Below are positions 37,580 to 47,414 of a DNA stretch of 64,000 bases, piece by piece. The position numbers were made by a program, and so were the translations under genes. The stretch is from Thermodesulfobacteriota bacterium. GTDB lineage: Bacteria; Desulfobacterota_D; UBA1144; Nemesobacterales; Nemesobacteraceae. The stretch's first letter is position 1, and each line of letters begins with the position of its first letter. The stretch covers positions 1,312,001 through 1,376,000 of the forward strand of contig OZ241855.1 in assembly GCA_965202785.1 (NCBI GenBank), written 5' to 3'. A model generated the notes under the pieces. The model saw only the letters and a list, made by a program, of their open reading frames with translations. It was not told the DNA's origin and searched no databases.

Positions 37580-38794
37580 ATGTTTCTTGATTTCTTCCTG
37601 CTGCTTAAAAACGACGGATTTCCCGTCACCCTAAAAGAGTATCTTACTTTTCTCGAAGCCCTTGACCGCGACGTGATCGGTTACGACACGACCGATTTCT
37701 ACTATCTAAGCCGTTGCGTAATGGTGAAGGACGAGCGGCATCTGGACAGATTCGACAAGCTTTTTTCCGCTTATTTCAGAGGGGCTCAGCTCGCCGATAC
37801 CGAGCAGTTCATGCAGATTCCGCTTGAGTGGCTGCGCAAAAACTTTGAGAATGTCCTCTCCGAAGAGGATAAGCAGATGATTCGTTCCATGGGCGGGCTT
37901 GAAGAACTGATGGAGAGATTGAGGGAGATTTTCGAGAAGCAGAAAAAACGCCACCAAGGCGGGAACAGGTGGATAGGCACGGGCGGCACTTCTCCCTACG
38001 GAGCATACGGTTACAATCCCGCCGGTGTTCGAATAGGGCAGGACGGAGGTAGGCAGAGGCGGGCAGTCAAGGTGTGGGACAAAAGAGAGTTTCGCGATCT
38101 TGACGATTCGGTGGAATTAAACGTGAGGAACATGAAAATGGCCCTGAGAAAGCTCAGGGTTCTCACGAGAGAGGGGGTGGGGGAGGAGCTTGACATTGAC
38201 AAGACGGTCGACAGGACTTCAAAAAACGCTGGGCTGCTTGACCTTGAGTTTGTCCCTTCGCGTAAAAACAACGTCAAGGTTCTTATGTTCTTTGACGTCG
38301 GAGGTTCAATGGAAGATCATGTTGAGCTTTGCTCGAGGCTTTTCTCTGCCGCCAAGCATGAGTTCAAGCACCTTGAATTCTACTACTTTCACAACTGCAT
38401 ATACGAGGCCGTATGGAAAGACAACGCAAGACGCTTCAGCGAGAGGATTCCCACTTTCTCGGTGCTCAACAAATACAACGGCGATTACAAGTGCGTTATA
38501 GTCGGTGACGCCTCCATGTCCCCGTGGGAACTTGTGTATCCCAACGGAAGCGTTGAACACAATAACGATGAGCCGGGCCTTCTGTGGCTTAACAGGATAA
38601 AGGCGAAATATCCTTTTACGGTGTGGCTTAACCCAGTGCCGCAAGATGAATGGAAGTGGACTGAAAGCATAGGCATGCTGAACGATTTTTACGAAGGCAA
38701 CATGTTTCCCCTTACGCTCTCGGGCATAAAGGACGCTATTCTGACTCTCAAGCGGCGCCCCGGCCACCGCGGTGCGTCGGAACTCCCGGCGTGA
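37580..38794 (+). CDS. VWA-domain protein (MoxR partner, CoxE-like)
   Basis: MIDAS-like DVGGSM; IGTGGTSPYG; VGDASMSP; WLNP. Confidence 0.88.
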   Translation: MFLDFFLLLKNDGFPVTLKEYLTFLEALDRDVIGYDTTDFYYLSRCVMVKDERHLDRFDKLFSAYFRGAQLADTEQFMQIPLEWLRKNFENVLSEEDKQMIRSMGGLEELMERLREIFEKQKKRHQGGNRWIGTGGTSPYGAYGYNPAGVRIGQDGGRQRRAVKVWDKREFRDLDDSVELNVRNMKMALRKLRVLTREGVGEELDIDKTVDRTSKNAGLLDLEFVPSRKNNVKVLMFFDVGGSMEDHVELCSRLFSAAKHEFKHLEFYYFHNCIYEAVWKDNARRFSERIPTFSVLNKYNGDYKCVIVGDASMSPWELVYPNGSVEHNNDEPGLLWLNRIKAKYPFTVWLNPVPQDEWKWTESIGMLNDFYEGNMFPLTLSGIKDAILTLKRRPGHRGASELPA

Positions 38795-39585
38795 TGAGGG
38801 TATACACCGTTGATGCTTTTACCGACGGGCCGAATTCCGGGAATCCGGCCGCCGTGTGCATTCTTGAAAAAGAAATACCGGATCGGACGAAACAGCAGAT
38901 CGCTTCCCGGGTAAACCTCTCGGAGACGGCTTTTTTACTCAAAAGAGGAGGTCTTTTTGAACTCAGATGGTTTACTCCCAAGATGGAAGTTGACCTTTGC
39001 GGGCACGCCACCCTTGCAAGCGCCCATATCCTTTTCACTCTCGGCATCCTTCCCGATATGGAAGACGCTGTGTTTTCCACAAAAAGCGGGATTCTTACCG
39101 CGAGGAGAAAAAACGATCTTATAGAGATGGATTTTCCCTCTGAGGACCCTTGGGAAGTTGAGATGCCGGAAGACCTGCTCATGGCAATTCCCCAAGTTCC
39201 CATCTACGTGGGCAGAAACCGCTTTGATTACATAGCTCTTTACGAGAGCGAAGAGACGGTGAGAAACGCTGTCCCGGAACTCACCCACATCAGGAACCTT
39301 GATTCCAGGGGACTTATAATAACGAGCGTCTCAAGTTCTCACCGTTATGATTTCGTATCGCGTTTTTTCGCTCCTAACGCCGGGATAGAGGAGGATCCGG
39401 TTACGGGGTCTGCTCACTGCTGCCTTTGTCCTTTCTGGAGCCGGAGGCTAGGGAAAAAAGAACTCGCGGGCTATCAGGCGTCAGAAAGAGGAGGCCTTGT
39501 TAATACAAGACTTCTTGAGAAAAGAGTCTCTCTGTCGGGGAAGGCGGTTATTGATGGAAGCTTCGAAATCAATCCGGAGTCATAA
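38791..39585 (+). CDS. PhzF-family epimerase/isomerase
   Basis: VDAFT; GNPAAV; NLSETAF; EVDLCGHAT; EDPVTGSAH. Confidence 0.94.
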   Translation: MMRVYTVDAFTDGPNSGNPAAVCILEKEIPDRTKQQIASRVNLSETAFLLKRGGLFELRWFTPKMEVDLCGHATLASAHILFTLGILPDMEDAVFSTKSGILTARRKNDLIEMDFPSEDPWEVEMPEDLLMAIPQVPIYVGRNRFDYIALYESEETVRNAVPELTHIRNLDSRGLIITSVSSSHRYDFVSRFFAPNAGIEEDPVTGSAHCCLCPFWSRRLGKKELAGYQASERGGLVNTRLLEKRVSLSGKAVIDGSFEINPES

Positions 39586-39661
39586 GGGAACTTGGATCTG
39601 CCGCTTGCCAGAATTCACAAAACTTTTTTTTTCGGTAGAATTTAAAATCCCATGTTACAGG

Positions 39662-39736
39662 GGCGGCGTAGCCAAGAGGTAAGGCAACGGTCTGCAAAAC
39701 CGTCATACCCCGGTTCGATTCCGGGCGCCGCCTCCA
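39662..39736 (+). tRNA. tRNA-Cys(GCA)
   Basis: Full cloverleaf GGCGGCG...ACGGT CTGCAAA ACCGT...CCCGG TTCGATT CCGGG CGCCGCC T CCA. Confidence 0.97.
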
Positions 39737-39760
39737 GTTCTGAACTCCGTTCAGCGTAAT

Positions 39761-39845
39761 GCCCGGGTGGCGGAATTGGTAGACGCAAGGGACTTAAAAT
39801 CCCTCGGGAGTATCTCCCGTGCCGGTTCGAGTCCGGCCCTGGGCA
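39761..39845 (+). tRNA. tRNA-Leu(TAA), CCA not encoded
   Basis: GCCCGGG...AGGGA CTTAAAA TCCCT, long variable arm, GCCGG TTCGAGT CCGGC CCTGGGC A. Confidence 0.96.
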
Positions 39846-39948
39846 CTTTTTTCTACCAAATTCCAAAACGAATGTGTTAGAATGTGAGATATTATGTAAC
39901 GAATAGTACTAGTTACGACAAACGGCTGATTTCAAGGAGGCTTTGGAG

Positions 39949-42420
39949 ATGAATTTTAGAACTCAGTTTAGTGCTGTTATTTTTGCATTGGTTTTCTCGT
40001 TTGCGCTGGTTTTTTCGCTAAATGCTGTTGCCCAAGATGGGCAGGGAAGCCAGGATGAACAGAAAGAAAATCTCAGTGCGTTGGAAGAGGGCAGTTACAC
40101 ACTTCGGAAAATGCTTGTGACCGCCACCAAGCGCGTTCAGCTTGCTCAGGATGTGCCTTTTTCCCTGAATGTCCAGTCAGAGGAGGATATCAAACGTCTT
40201 AACACCACTGACTTGGAGGATCTTTCCCGCAACGTTGCCGGACTCTCCATACAGAACCTCGGACCGGGCCAAAGCGTGGTTACCATCCGCGGCATTTCTT
40301 CCGGACAGATAGTGCGGGACCAGCCCGGCGTAAAGGAGCAGGTTGGCGTCTATCTTGACGAAACGCCTATATCATTGTCGCTTTTTACTCCTGACATCGA
40401 TCTTTTCGACCTTAACCGTGTGGAAACTCTGAGGGGACCTCAGGGCACGCTCTTCGGATCAGGCTCGATCGGCGGTACCGTTCGCTATATAACCAACCAG
40501 CCGCTTCTAGGTGTAAACGAGGTTAAAGTCGAGATTGACGGTAACTATATTGATGAAGGTTCCACGGGGGGTCATCTCAAAACTGCCCTCAATGTTCCTC
40601 TGGGTGATGACGCGGCCGTTCGACTGGTTGCTTATGGCACCAGATACGGCGGTTTCATCGATGCGCACAAAGAAGGGGGCGCTGTGGATGAGGATGTAAA
40701 CGACGGCACCCGTCACGGTGGGCGTATTTCCCTTTTATGGGAGCCAACCGAAAACTTGTCCATTACTCCGCGAGTTATATATCAGAACATTGATCTTGGA
40801 GGTTTTAACCGCGACGAGGTATTTAACCTTTTTGCAAACCCCTATACTGATCCCGCCATACGTACCCCAATCACGCTTGGTGAGAGGGAACAGTTTTTGC
40901 TGCTTGATGAGGCTTTTGAAGACGAAACCTTGATTCTAGACGCAGTAGTGGAGTGGGAGATAGAAGATTTTTTTGATGTGACCTACTCGGCAAGCTATAT
41001 AAACCGCGATCTTCTGGTTAGCCGCGACAGCAGTGCGCTGACCGGAAGCGTGGGCGTAAACCCATTCGGTTCAGGCCCATTTACTTTTCCAGAAGCCCAA
41101 GTCTCAATCCCTGGCAATCTGCGTGATACTACCGACTTGGAGCAGATGACCCATGAACTGCGCTTAAGTTCAGACGACGACAGTGCACTTCAGTGGCTTG
41201 CGGGTGTTTTCTACGCGAATGTGGAGCGTGATTATTCGCAGCGCAATCTCACTCCAGGTTATGACGCTCTAGCTCTTGAACATGTTCTTAGCAATATAGG
41301 TTTGGCACTGGAAGATATCAGCAATGGCTTCCCCGATGTAGATTCTAACTATAGTTCCGATCTTACGTACGATTTGAGGCAGGTCGCGATTTTCGGAGAA
41401 GCGACCTACACGTTGCTTGAACGTCTGGACGTAACGGCAGGTCTACGCTGGTATGACTGGGAAGAGGATAAAACTTTCAAATCGGGTGGTGTTTTTTCAA
41501 ATTGGGACGCACAGAATCAGGACATAACGGTTTCCTCCGACGGATTCACGCCTAGATTCATGGTGAGCTACGACGCTAACGACAATGTTACGATTAATGC
41601 CCAAGCTTCCCGTGGATTTCGTCTGGGTGGCATAAATGACCCACTTAACCAAGCCCTTTGCGGAGACGCCTATGATACTTACAGGGTTTATCAGGAGTTT
41701 GAGGATGAGACTCTCTGGAACTATGAGGTTGGTTTTAAATCATCGTTTGAGGTCGTCACGCTTAATGGCTCGGTATTTTATACTGACATTGAGAATCTAG
41801 GTGTAAACGTTGATGCGGGACCGTGCTCATCGCGGGTTTCAATCAGCGTACCAGAATCTCACACTGTGGGAGCGGAACTTGAGTTGTCTATTCAGCCGAC
41901 AAGGTCTTTGTTGCTCGCTTTTGCCGGAAGTTATATCGAAGCAGAGTTTGATTCCACTATCAGAACGGCAGATGGGGATGTGGTTGAGGGAATAGAGGAT
42001 GGTAACAGAATACCTTCGGTTCCTGACTGGCAATTGTCGGGGTCCGCGACCTATACTCTCCCAGGTCTTCTAAGTGCTAGAGAAAGCTATATATCAGGCT
42101 CATGGCAGTTTGTAGGCGATAGCCTAACGCAGTCAGGAGATCAAGTGTCCGGCAAGGGGGTTTTTACACATAATCTTCCCTATGCGGGTATCCCTGCCGA
42201 CCAGACTACAGAAGTTGATCTGCTGCTTGATTCATACCACCTGTTTAATCTTTCCGCGGGCTTGGTATATGACAATATAGAATTCACGGCTTACGTAAAG
42301 AATATTACGGATGAAAACGTTAAGCTTTCGTTTGACCGCGAGCGGGGAGGACGGGCCCGTCTTGCCTACAGAGTGGGTCAGCCCCGTACTTTCGGCGTGG
42401 TTACGCGCATGCGCTTCTGA
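39949..42420 (+). CDS. TonB-dependent receptor
   Basis: Signal peptide; TonB-box region LVTATKR; plug RVETLRGPQGTLFG; C-terminal PRTFGVVTRMRF; RBS AGGAGG. Confidence 0.94.
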   Translation: MNFRTQFSAVIFALVFSFALVFSLNAVAQDGQGSQDEQKENLSALEEGSYTLRKMLVTATKRVQLAQDVPFSLNVQSEEDIKRLNTTDLEDLSRNVAGLSIQNLGPGQSVVTIRGISSGQIVRDQPGVKEQVGVYLDETPISLSLFTPDIDLFDLNRVETLRGPQGTLFGSGSIGGTVRYITNQPLLGVNEVKVEIDGNYIDEGSTGGHLKTALNVPLGDDAAVRLVAYGTRYGGFIDAHKEGGAVDEDVNDGTRHGGRISLLWEPTENLSITPRVIYQNIDLGGFNRDEVFNLFANPYTDPAIRTPITLGEREQFLLLDEAFEDETLILDAVVEWEIEDFFDVTYSASYINRDLLVSRDSSALTGSVGVNPFGSGPFTFPEAQVSIPGNLRDTTDLEQMTHELRLSSDDDSALQWLAGVFYANVERDYSQRNLTPGYDALALEHVLSNIGLALEDISNGFPDVDSNYSSDLTYDLRQVAIFGEATYTLLERLDVTAGLRWYDWEEDKTFKSGGVFSNWDAQNQDITVSSDGFTPRFMVSYDANDNVTINAQASRGFRLGGINDPLNQALCGDAYDTYRVYQEFEDETLWNYEVGFKSSFEVVTLNGSVFYTDIENLGVNVDAGPCSSRVSISVPESHTVGAELELSIQPTRSLLLAFAGSYIEAEFDSTIRTADGDVVEGIEDGNRIPSVPDWQLSGSATYTLPGLLSARESYISGSWQFVGDSLTQSGDQVSGKGVFTHNLPYAGIPADQTTEVDLLLDSYHLFNLSAGLVYDNIEFTAYVKNITDENVKLSFDRERGGRARLAYRVGQPRTFGVVTRMRF

Positions 42421-42478
42421 TGAGATAGCTGGGAAGGTGTATTAAGCTCATCTTCCTTGTTAAAAATGAGACTTGCAC

Positions 42479-42513
42479 CTTGCAATTGCGGTATTTAATG
42501 CCGCAATTGCAAG
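42479..42513. terminator. Long hairpin between convergent genes, probable terminator
   Basis: CTTGCAATTGCGGTATT-T-AATGCCGCAATTGCAAG: 17-nt arms with one G.U pair. Confidence 0.6.
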
Positions 42514-42696
42514 TATGGTCGCTGAGAATACACAAATCAGATTTAGACCAACTTGCATATTTCCTGCTTGGAAATAGCACCCGGAATCTTAGATGTAACC
42601 GTGAATTAGTTCTTAGTGAATCGGGTCTTAGGGACCCGGTCCGGGGATTTTTTCTGCCAAGGCAAATCGGTTTTACGTTGCCGGTTTGGCTTTCAC

Positions 42697-42897
42697 TCAG
42701 TGAAGTACTCTTTTTCTTTTCTCTTCCCCTGTAATATCCTCGGAATCGTCATCGTAATAAAGGTAATTCATTTCTTCAAAGAGTTCGTCGAACTCATCCG
42801 CAAATTCATCCTCAAGCTCATCATCTTCGTCAAAAGTGTCGGAGATGTCTAAAGGGTAGTGAAAGTCTTCATCATCTTTTTTGATAAATTTGAGCAT
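42697..42897 (-). CDS. Small highly acidic hypothetical protein
   Basis: GGAGG RBS; upstream TTGACT-16-TAGCTT; 27 of 66 residues are D or E. Confidence 0.55.
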   Translation of the reverse strand: MLKFIKKDDEDFHYPLDISDTFDEDDELEDEFADEFDELFEEMNYLYYDDDSEDITGEEKRKRVLH

Positions 42898-43015
42898 GAT
42901 TGCCTCCGGGGGGAATTTTTTTCAACCAAAAGCTACACCCCGGTTATCAAAAGTCAACATCCCGAGGTTAAGTTTCGGTTAAGTGACACAACTACTTTTA
43001 TTCATGACCTTTCCA

Positions 43016-43816
43016 TCACAGCGGTTTTAAAAGAAAAGAGACGTTCTCAAGGATAAAATCGGGTTTTATTGCATTGCCCTCAAGATCGGTTTTTTTAGTA
43101 ACTCCGGTCATTACAAGTGCCGTGCTGTACCCCGCTTTTTCCCCTCCGGCAATGTCGGTTCGGAGACTGTCTCCGACCAGAAGGGTTTTCTTCGTCGGCG
43201 CCACCCCGCTTTTCTTCAGAAGATCAAACATGTATTTCCCGGGCTTTCCGGCTGTGATCGCTTTCTTTCCCGATGCGGCTTCCACCGAAGCGAGGAGGGC
43301 TCCTGTCGCAGGGGCCCGGCCGTGTTCGCAAGGGTAGAAGAAGTCTGCGTTTGTGCCTATGAAGTCTGATCCGTTTCCGATTGCCATGGAAGCGGTCTTT
43401 ATCTCCTCAAGGTTAAATTCCGGGTGGCTTCCTATCACCACGAGGTCTGCTCCGAGAGAATCATTCCCTGAAACCTCAACCAGTCCCGTTTTCCTTATCT
43501 CGTTCTTTAGGTAATCGCTTCCGGCTATGAAGACCGTTTTCCATTTCTTCGATGAAAGGTTTTCCCTTATCATAGAAGCGGTTGCCATTGGGGAGGTTAC
43601 GAACTCGCTATCGTGCGAGCGAATTCCGAGTTCTTTGAGTTTCTCGGCATAGTCAGAAGGAGACCGCGAGGGGTTGTTGGTTATGAAGCGTATCTCTTTT
43701 TTATTCTTTCTTAACGCCTCTAACACTCTAGGGGAGTTACCGATGGCCTTTTCGCCGGAATATATAACCCCGTCTAGGTCAAAGACAAAATGATCAAACG
43801 AATTTTGAAAATCCAT
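43016..43816 (-). CDS. HAD-IIA family hydrolase (NagD-like)
   Basis: FDLDGV; FITNN; GKP; VGDSLRTDI. Confidence 0.93.
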   Translation of the reverse strand: MDFQNSFDHFVFDLDGVIYSGEKAIGNSPRVLEALRKNKKEIRFITNNPSRSPSDYAEKLKELGIRSHDSEFVTSPMATASMIRENLSSKKWKTVFIAGSDYLKNEIRKTGLVEVSGNDSLGADLVVIGSHPEFNLEEIKTASMAIGNGSDFIGTNADFFYPCEHGRAPATGALLASVEAASGKKAITAGKPGKYMFDLLKKSGVAPTKKTLLVGDSLRTDIAGGEKAGYSTALVMTGVTKKTDLEGNAIKPDFILENVSFLLKPL

Positions 43817-43849
43817 AACAGGGACCGGAACTTTACGGGGGAGGCTGTT

Positions 43850-44173
43850 CTATCCCCAGATACTCTTTTTGAGTTCTTCCTGAAGATTGGAGTCGTAATT
43901 AGACTTCATTATCCTGACCAGTTTGTTTTCCCTGTCTTCAAAAAACTCAACTCCCATGAAGGTAAGCACGTCAAACGCAGCCCTTTTGTACCCTTCGTAA
44001 AACTCTTCTATCTCTCCCGAAGCCCTGACGGTCTTTGAATCAAGGTAAAGGGCTATTGCTGCGATTTCATCCTTTATCTCGGGGGATATCTCGATCTGAA
44101 ACCCCTCAAGTTCGCCCTGAAGGAGATGATTCGTGTACATCTCGATTACGGCGTCAAGTGTGTGTACGTCCAT
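43850..44173 (-). CDS. Hypothetical protein
   Basis: 107-aa ORF with GAGG RBS, co-oriented within the rpoN operon. Confidence 0.7.
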   Translation of the reverse strand: MDVHTLDAVIEMYTNHLLQGELEGFQIEISPEIKDEIAAIALYLDSKTVRASGEIEEFYEGYKRAAFDVLTFMGVEFFEDRENKLVRIMKSNYDSNLQEELKKSIWG

Positions 44174-44196
44174 TTAATCGTCCTCTCCGGCGTATT

Positions 44197-44607
44197 CTAA
44201 CCGTTTTTACTAAGAAGTTCACTTGCCACTATTATGTTGTCTCTTCCTGCCTTGGCCGCCAGCTGCACTGCTTCTTTTAGAGTGGTTTTTTCCTCAACGG
44301 TGCCGAGTTTTAAAAGCATTGGCAGGTTCACCCCTGAAATCACCTCCATTTCGCCGCTTTCAAGAAACATCAGGCTTATGTTGGAAGGAGTTCCTCCGAA
44401 CATGTCAGTTACAAGCAGTATTCCGTCTCCCTCGTCAACGGTATCGACTGAAGCCCTCACCTTTTTTTCAAAATCCTTGGAGTCTTTTGAGGCGTCTATT
44501 GAGACCGCGGTCATCTTGACCCTGGGTTCTTGGGGCAGAATGAAGTTCACTGCCGATATAAGCTCCTTCGCGAGCTCTCCGTGCGTGACCACCACTATGG
44601 AAAACAT
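44197..44607 (-). CDS. PTS EIIA component, mannose/fructose family
   Basis: VVTHG; TDMFGGTPSN; GVNLPML. Confidence 0.93.
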   Translation of the reverse strand: MFSIVVVTHGELAKELISAVNFILPQEPRVKMTAVSIDASKDSKDFEKKVRASVDTVDEGDGILLVTDMFGGTPSNISLMFLESGEMEVISGVNLPMLLKLGTVEEKTTLKEAVQLAAKAGRDNIIVASELLSKNG

Positions 44608-44614
44608 AGGATTT

Positions 44615-45472
44615 TTATAGCTTATTTATATCCCTGTGTCTAATAATCGCGGAATATTCTGAAAGGCTTTCGCCGAGGGCGTCAGCAATGACTACCGAGC
44701 GGTGCTTCCCTCCGGTGCACCCTATCCCCAAGGTAAGGTATGATTTTCCTTCCTCGGAATATTTCGGGATTAAAAAACGCAGAAAAGAGCACAGCTTCTC
44801 AAGAAACTCCTGCGAAGCTTTATCCGACATGACGAAGTCCACGATTTCGCTTCTGGTTCCGTCAAGGGCCCTCAGGGCTTCTGTAAAGTGGGGGTTTTTC
44901 AGAAACCGAACGTCGAAAACCAGATCTGCGTCTTCGGGAACCCCGTACTTGTAGCCGAAGGAGAGAAGGGTAATAAGAGGGGTTCGCTTGTCGGTTGTCC
45001 CGGCAATCTTTGCTATGATCGCTTTTAGATCGTGAACGCTGAGGGCACTTGTGTCTATGCGCTTGTCCGAGAGTTCTCGTATGTCCGCCAGGATTCGTTT
45101 TTCCTCTGATATTCCTTCGATAAGAGTCTTCTGGCTTCCAAGCGGATGAATTCTCCTTGTCTCCTTGTATCTCTTAACGATTGTCTCATCCGAGCATTCA
45201 AGAAACACAAGGTCGACTTTTTCGGCTGATTTTCTTATTTTTTCCAGCACCTTTTCGAAATCATAAAGTGTATCTTTTACCGGTATCCGTATATCAATGA
45301 CTGCGACCGCTTTTTTTATCTGCGTAAGAGATTTCCCGCAAAGGTCGATAAAAGAGAAAAGAAGCTCAGGAGGCAGATTGTCAACGCAGAAAAAACCCAG
45401 ATCTTCGAGCACCTCTGCCGCCGTGCTTTTTCCCGAACCGGAAAGTCCGCTCAGTATTATTATCCGTTCCAT
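44615..45472 (-). CDS. rapZ: RNase adapter RapZ (YvcJ)
   Basis: GLSGSGKS; VDNLP; SFGYKYG; FDVRFL; GCTGGKHRSV. Confidence 0.96.
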   Translation of the reverse strand: MERIIILSGLSGSGKSTAAEVLEDLGFFCVDNLPPELLFSFIDLCGKSLTQIKKAVAVIDIRIPVKDTLYDFEKVLEKIRKSAEKVDLVFLECSDETIVKRYKETRRIHPLGSQKTLIEGISEEKRILADIRELSDKRIDTSALSVHDLKAIIAKIAGTTDKRTPLITLLSFGYKYGVPEDADLVFDVRFLKNPHFTEALRALDGTRSEIVDFVMSDKASQEFLEKLCSFLRFLIPKYSEEGKSYLTLGIGCTGGKHRSVVIADALGESLSEYSAIIRHRDINKL

Positions 45473-46410
45473 TATTCTCGAGTGCCTGACGGAATCTCGA
45501 TCTTCTTGCCGGTCTCCTTAAGTATCTGGTTTCGCACTGCCACGTCTATTACGGAAGCCATGTTTCTTCCCGGACTCACAGGCAGCACGATGTACGGCAG
45601 TTCTATGTCGAGTATGGAGTATGTCTTCGTGTCCAAGCCCAGGCGGTCGTACTCTGTTTCGGAGTTCCACTGGTGAAGTTCTATAACCATGTCGATTTCT
45701 CTTTTTTCCATAACGCAGGTGGTTCCGAAAAGATCCTTTATGTTCACTATGCCTATTCCCCTTACTTCCACAAGGTACCTTATGTTCTCTGGGCCAACTC
45801 CGACGAGTGTCTGGGAACCTATCTTCCTTATTTCGACTACGTCGTCCGCTATAAGCTTGGAACCCTGTATTATGAGGTCGATCGCGCATTCGCTCTTCCC
45901 GATTCCGCTTTTCCCGAGAATCAGGACTCCCGTATGATGTACGTCCAGGAGTACTCCATGAACCGTTATGCAGGTTGCGAATTCCTCGGCGAGCAGTTCA
46001 TTGAGAATAGTTATGAATTTCCCCGTCCCCAAGGTCGTTGTAAAAAGCGGGACCCCCTTTTTTTCAAAATGATCGGCAAGGGATTTTCCTGGGCGAGCTC
46101 CCTTTGAGAGTATGTAGCAGGGAATATCGTTTGACAGAAGATTTGATATTATCTTTTCTTGGGTTTTGTCGGGAAACCCGTTTATGTAGGAGATTTCCGT
46201 TCTGCCGAGCACTTGTATGTTTCCTTGCTCGAGTTCTATTTTCTCTTCTATCATCCTTAATCCCGGTTTCTTGGCGCTCGGTGAAATAATGCGCCTTTCG
46301 AGCCCGTTCTCCCCGGAAACAGGTTCAAGACAGAGCTTTTCTCCGAACTTTCCGTAAAAGTCCCCGACCGAGAGGGAGTGGCTGTTCTCAGAGTTTTTCA
46401 TCTTCTTCAA
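45472..46410 (-). CDS. hprK: HPr(Ser) kinase/phosphorylase
   Basis: VHGVL; GKSGIGKSE; LIADD; EVRGIGI; PGRN. Start may be 46401. Confidence 0.95.
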   Translation of the reverse strand: MKKMKNSENSHSLSVGDFYGKFGEKLCLEPVSGENGLERRIISPSAKKPGLRMIEEKIELEQGNIQVLGRTEISYINGFPDKTQEKIISNLLSNDIPCYILSKGARPGKSLADHFEKKGVPLFTTTLGTGKFITILNELLAEEFATCITVHGVLLDVHHTGVLILGKSGIGKSECAIDLIIQGSKLIADDVVEIRKIGSQTLVGVGPENIRYLVEVRGIGIVNIKDLFGTTCVMEKREIDMVIELHQWNSETEYDRLGLDTKTYSILDIELPYIVLPVSPGRNMASVIDVAVRNQILKETGKKIEIPSGTRE

Positions 46411-46852
46411 TCAGCAGGTTATAAATATCAGAAGCCTCATTTGACGCAATAAGTTTTGACCTTACGTCGTTTTGCCGGAGTATTCTGCATATCCGTGCAA
46501 GCAGGGTTATCCAGGTTTCCGTGGGACAGTTCTCAGGGGTTATCAAAACGGCGAAAAGATAGGTCTTTTCTCCGTCTAGCGAGTCAAAGTCAACCCCCGT
46601 CTCACTTCTGGCAAAAGCTATGGTTATATCCGGAATATCAAGGAGTTTTACGTGTGGAATCGCCACTCCGGAATCAATTGCCGTGCTACATAGCCCTTCT
46701 CGTTCAACTAGGGTTTCGTTGAGCCTCTGTACGTTAAGCCTGGGGACGGCTTCTGCGACTTTTTCCGAAAGCTCTTGCAGCACGTCCGGTTTTGTCGTCG
46801 AAACGAGTTGGGGAAATACGGAATTTTTCTCCAGGCATTCAGAAATTCTCAC
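46388..46852 (-). CDS. ptsN: PTS EIIA, nitrogen-regulatory type
   Basis: ERE..STAIDSGVAIPH; GVDFDSLDG; rpoN operon context. Confidence 0.88.
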   Translation of the reverse strand: MRISECLEKNSVFPQLVSTTKPDVLQELSEKVAEAVPRLNVQRLNETLVEREGLCSTAIDSGVAIPHVKLLDIPDITIAFARSETGVDFDSLDGEKTYLFAVLITPENCPTETWITLLARICRILRQNDVRSKLIASNEASDIYNLLIEEDEKL

Positions 46853-46868
46853 TTTTCTTCTTCCGCAG

Positions 46869-47411
46869 TCACGGGGTAAGAAGTCCTACCTTTTTCGAGT
46901 CGGTTTTTTTGTAAACAACATTCATCTCAAGCGTTTCGCTGTTTCTAAAAGCCACGAAATCCTCTTCGGATGCGTCAAGCTGCAGCAGTGCCTCACCAAC
47001 ACTCATGGGCTTGGGACTCAGGTACTGGTGATCTATCCTCAGGTTGTTTTCCGTCTCGGACCTCTGCGCGCGTGCGGCGGAAGGGGTCTTCGATACATTT
47101 CTTCTTCTCAGGCTCACCTGTTTATCTGTCCTTCTCCGCAACTGCTTTATTATCGTGTCGAAAAGCTTGTCTATGGCTGAGTGCATTTCCTCCGTTTCTA
47201 CCGAAGCGGCTGCTTTTAGGGGTCCCGAGCTGATTGTTATTTCCGCATTATTTCTAAGCTTCTCTGCTGAAAGAACTATTTTTGCTTCCGAGGGGTTTCT
47301 CTCCGGGTCTACGTACCTCTGGAGCTTTGGCATTTTCTTCATTGCGTAGCGTTTGAAATGCTCCGACTTTCTTTTGTCGGGAATGTTTTTCGTGATGATA
47401 TCGGTTTTCAT
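46869..47411 (-). CDS. hpf: Ribosome hibernation promoting factor, long form
   Basis: MHSAIDK; C-terminal KPMSVGEALLQL...FRN...NVVY; lies downstream of rpoN. Confidence 0.9.
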   Translation of the reverse strand: MKTDIITKNIPDKRKSEHFKRYAMKKMPKLQRYVDPERNPSEAKIVLSAEKLRNNAEITISSGPLKAAASVETEEMHSAIDKLFDTIIKQLRRRTDKQVSLRRRNVSKTPSAARAQRSETENNLRIDHQYLSPKPMSVGEALLQLDASEEDFVAFRNSETLEMNVVYKKTDSKKVGLLTP

Positions 47412-47414
47412 GGT

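Noticed and set aside
36732-38794. MoxR-VWA pair as a novel system
   Set aside because: This is a widespread, known chaperone-like pair in an ordinary context.
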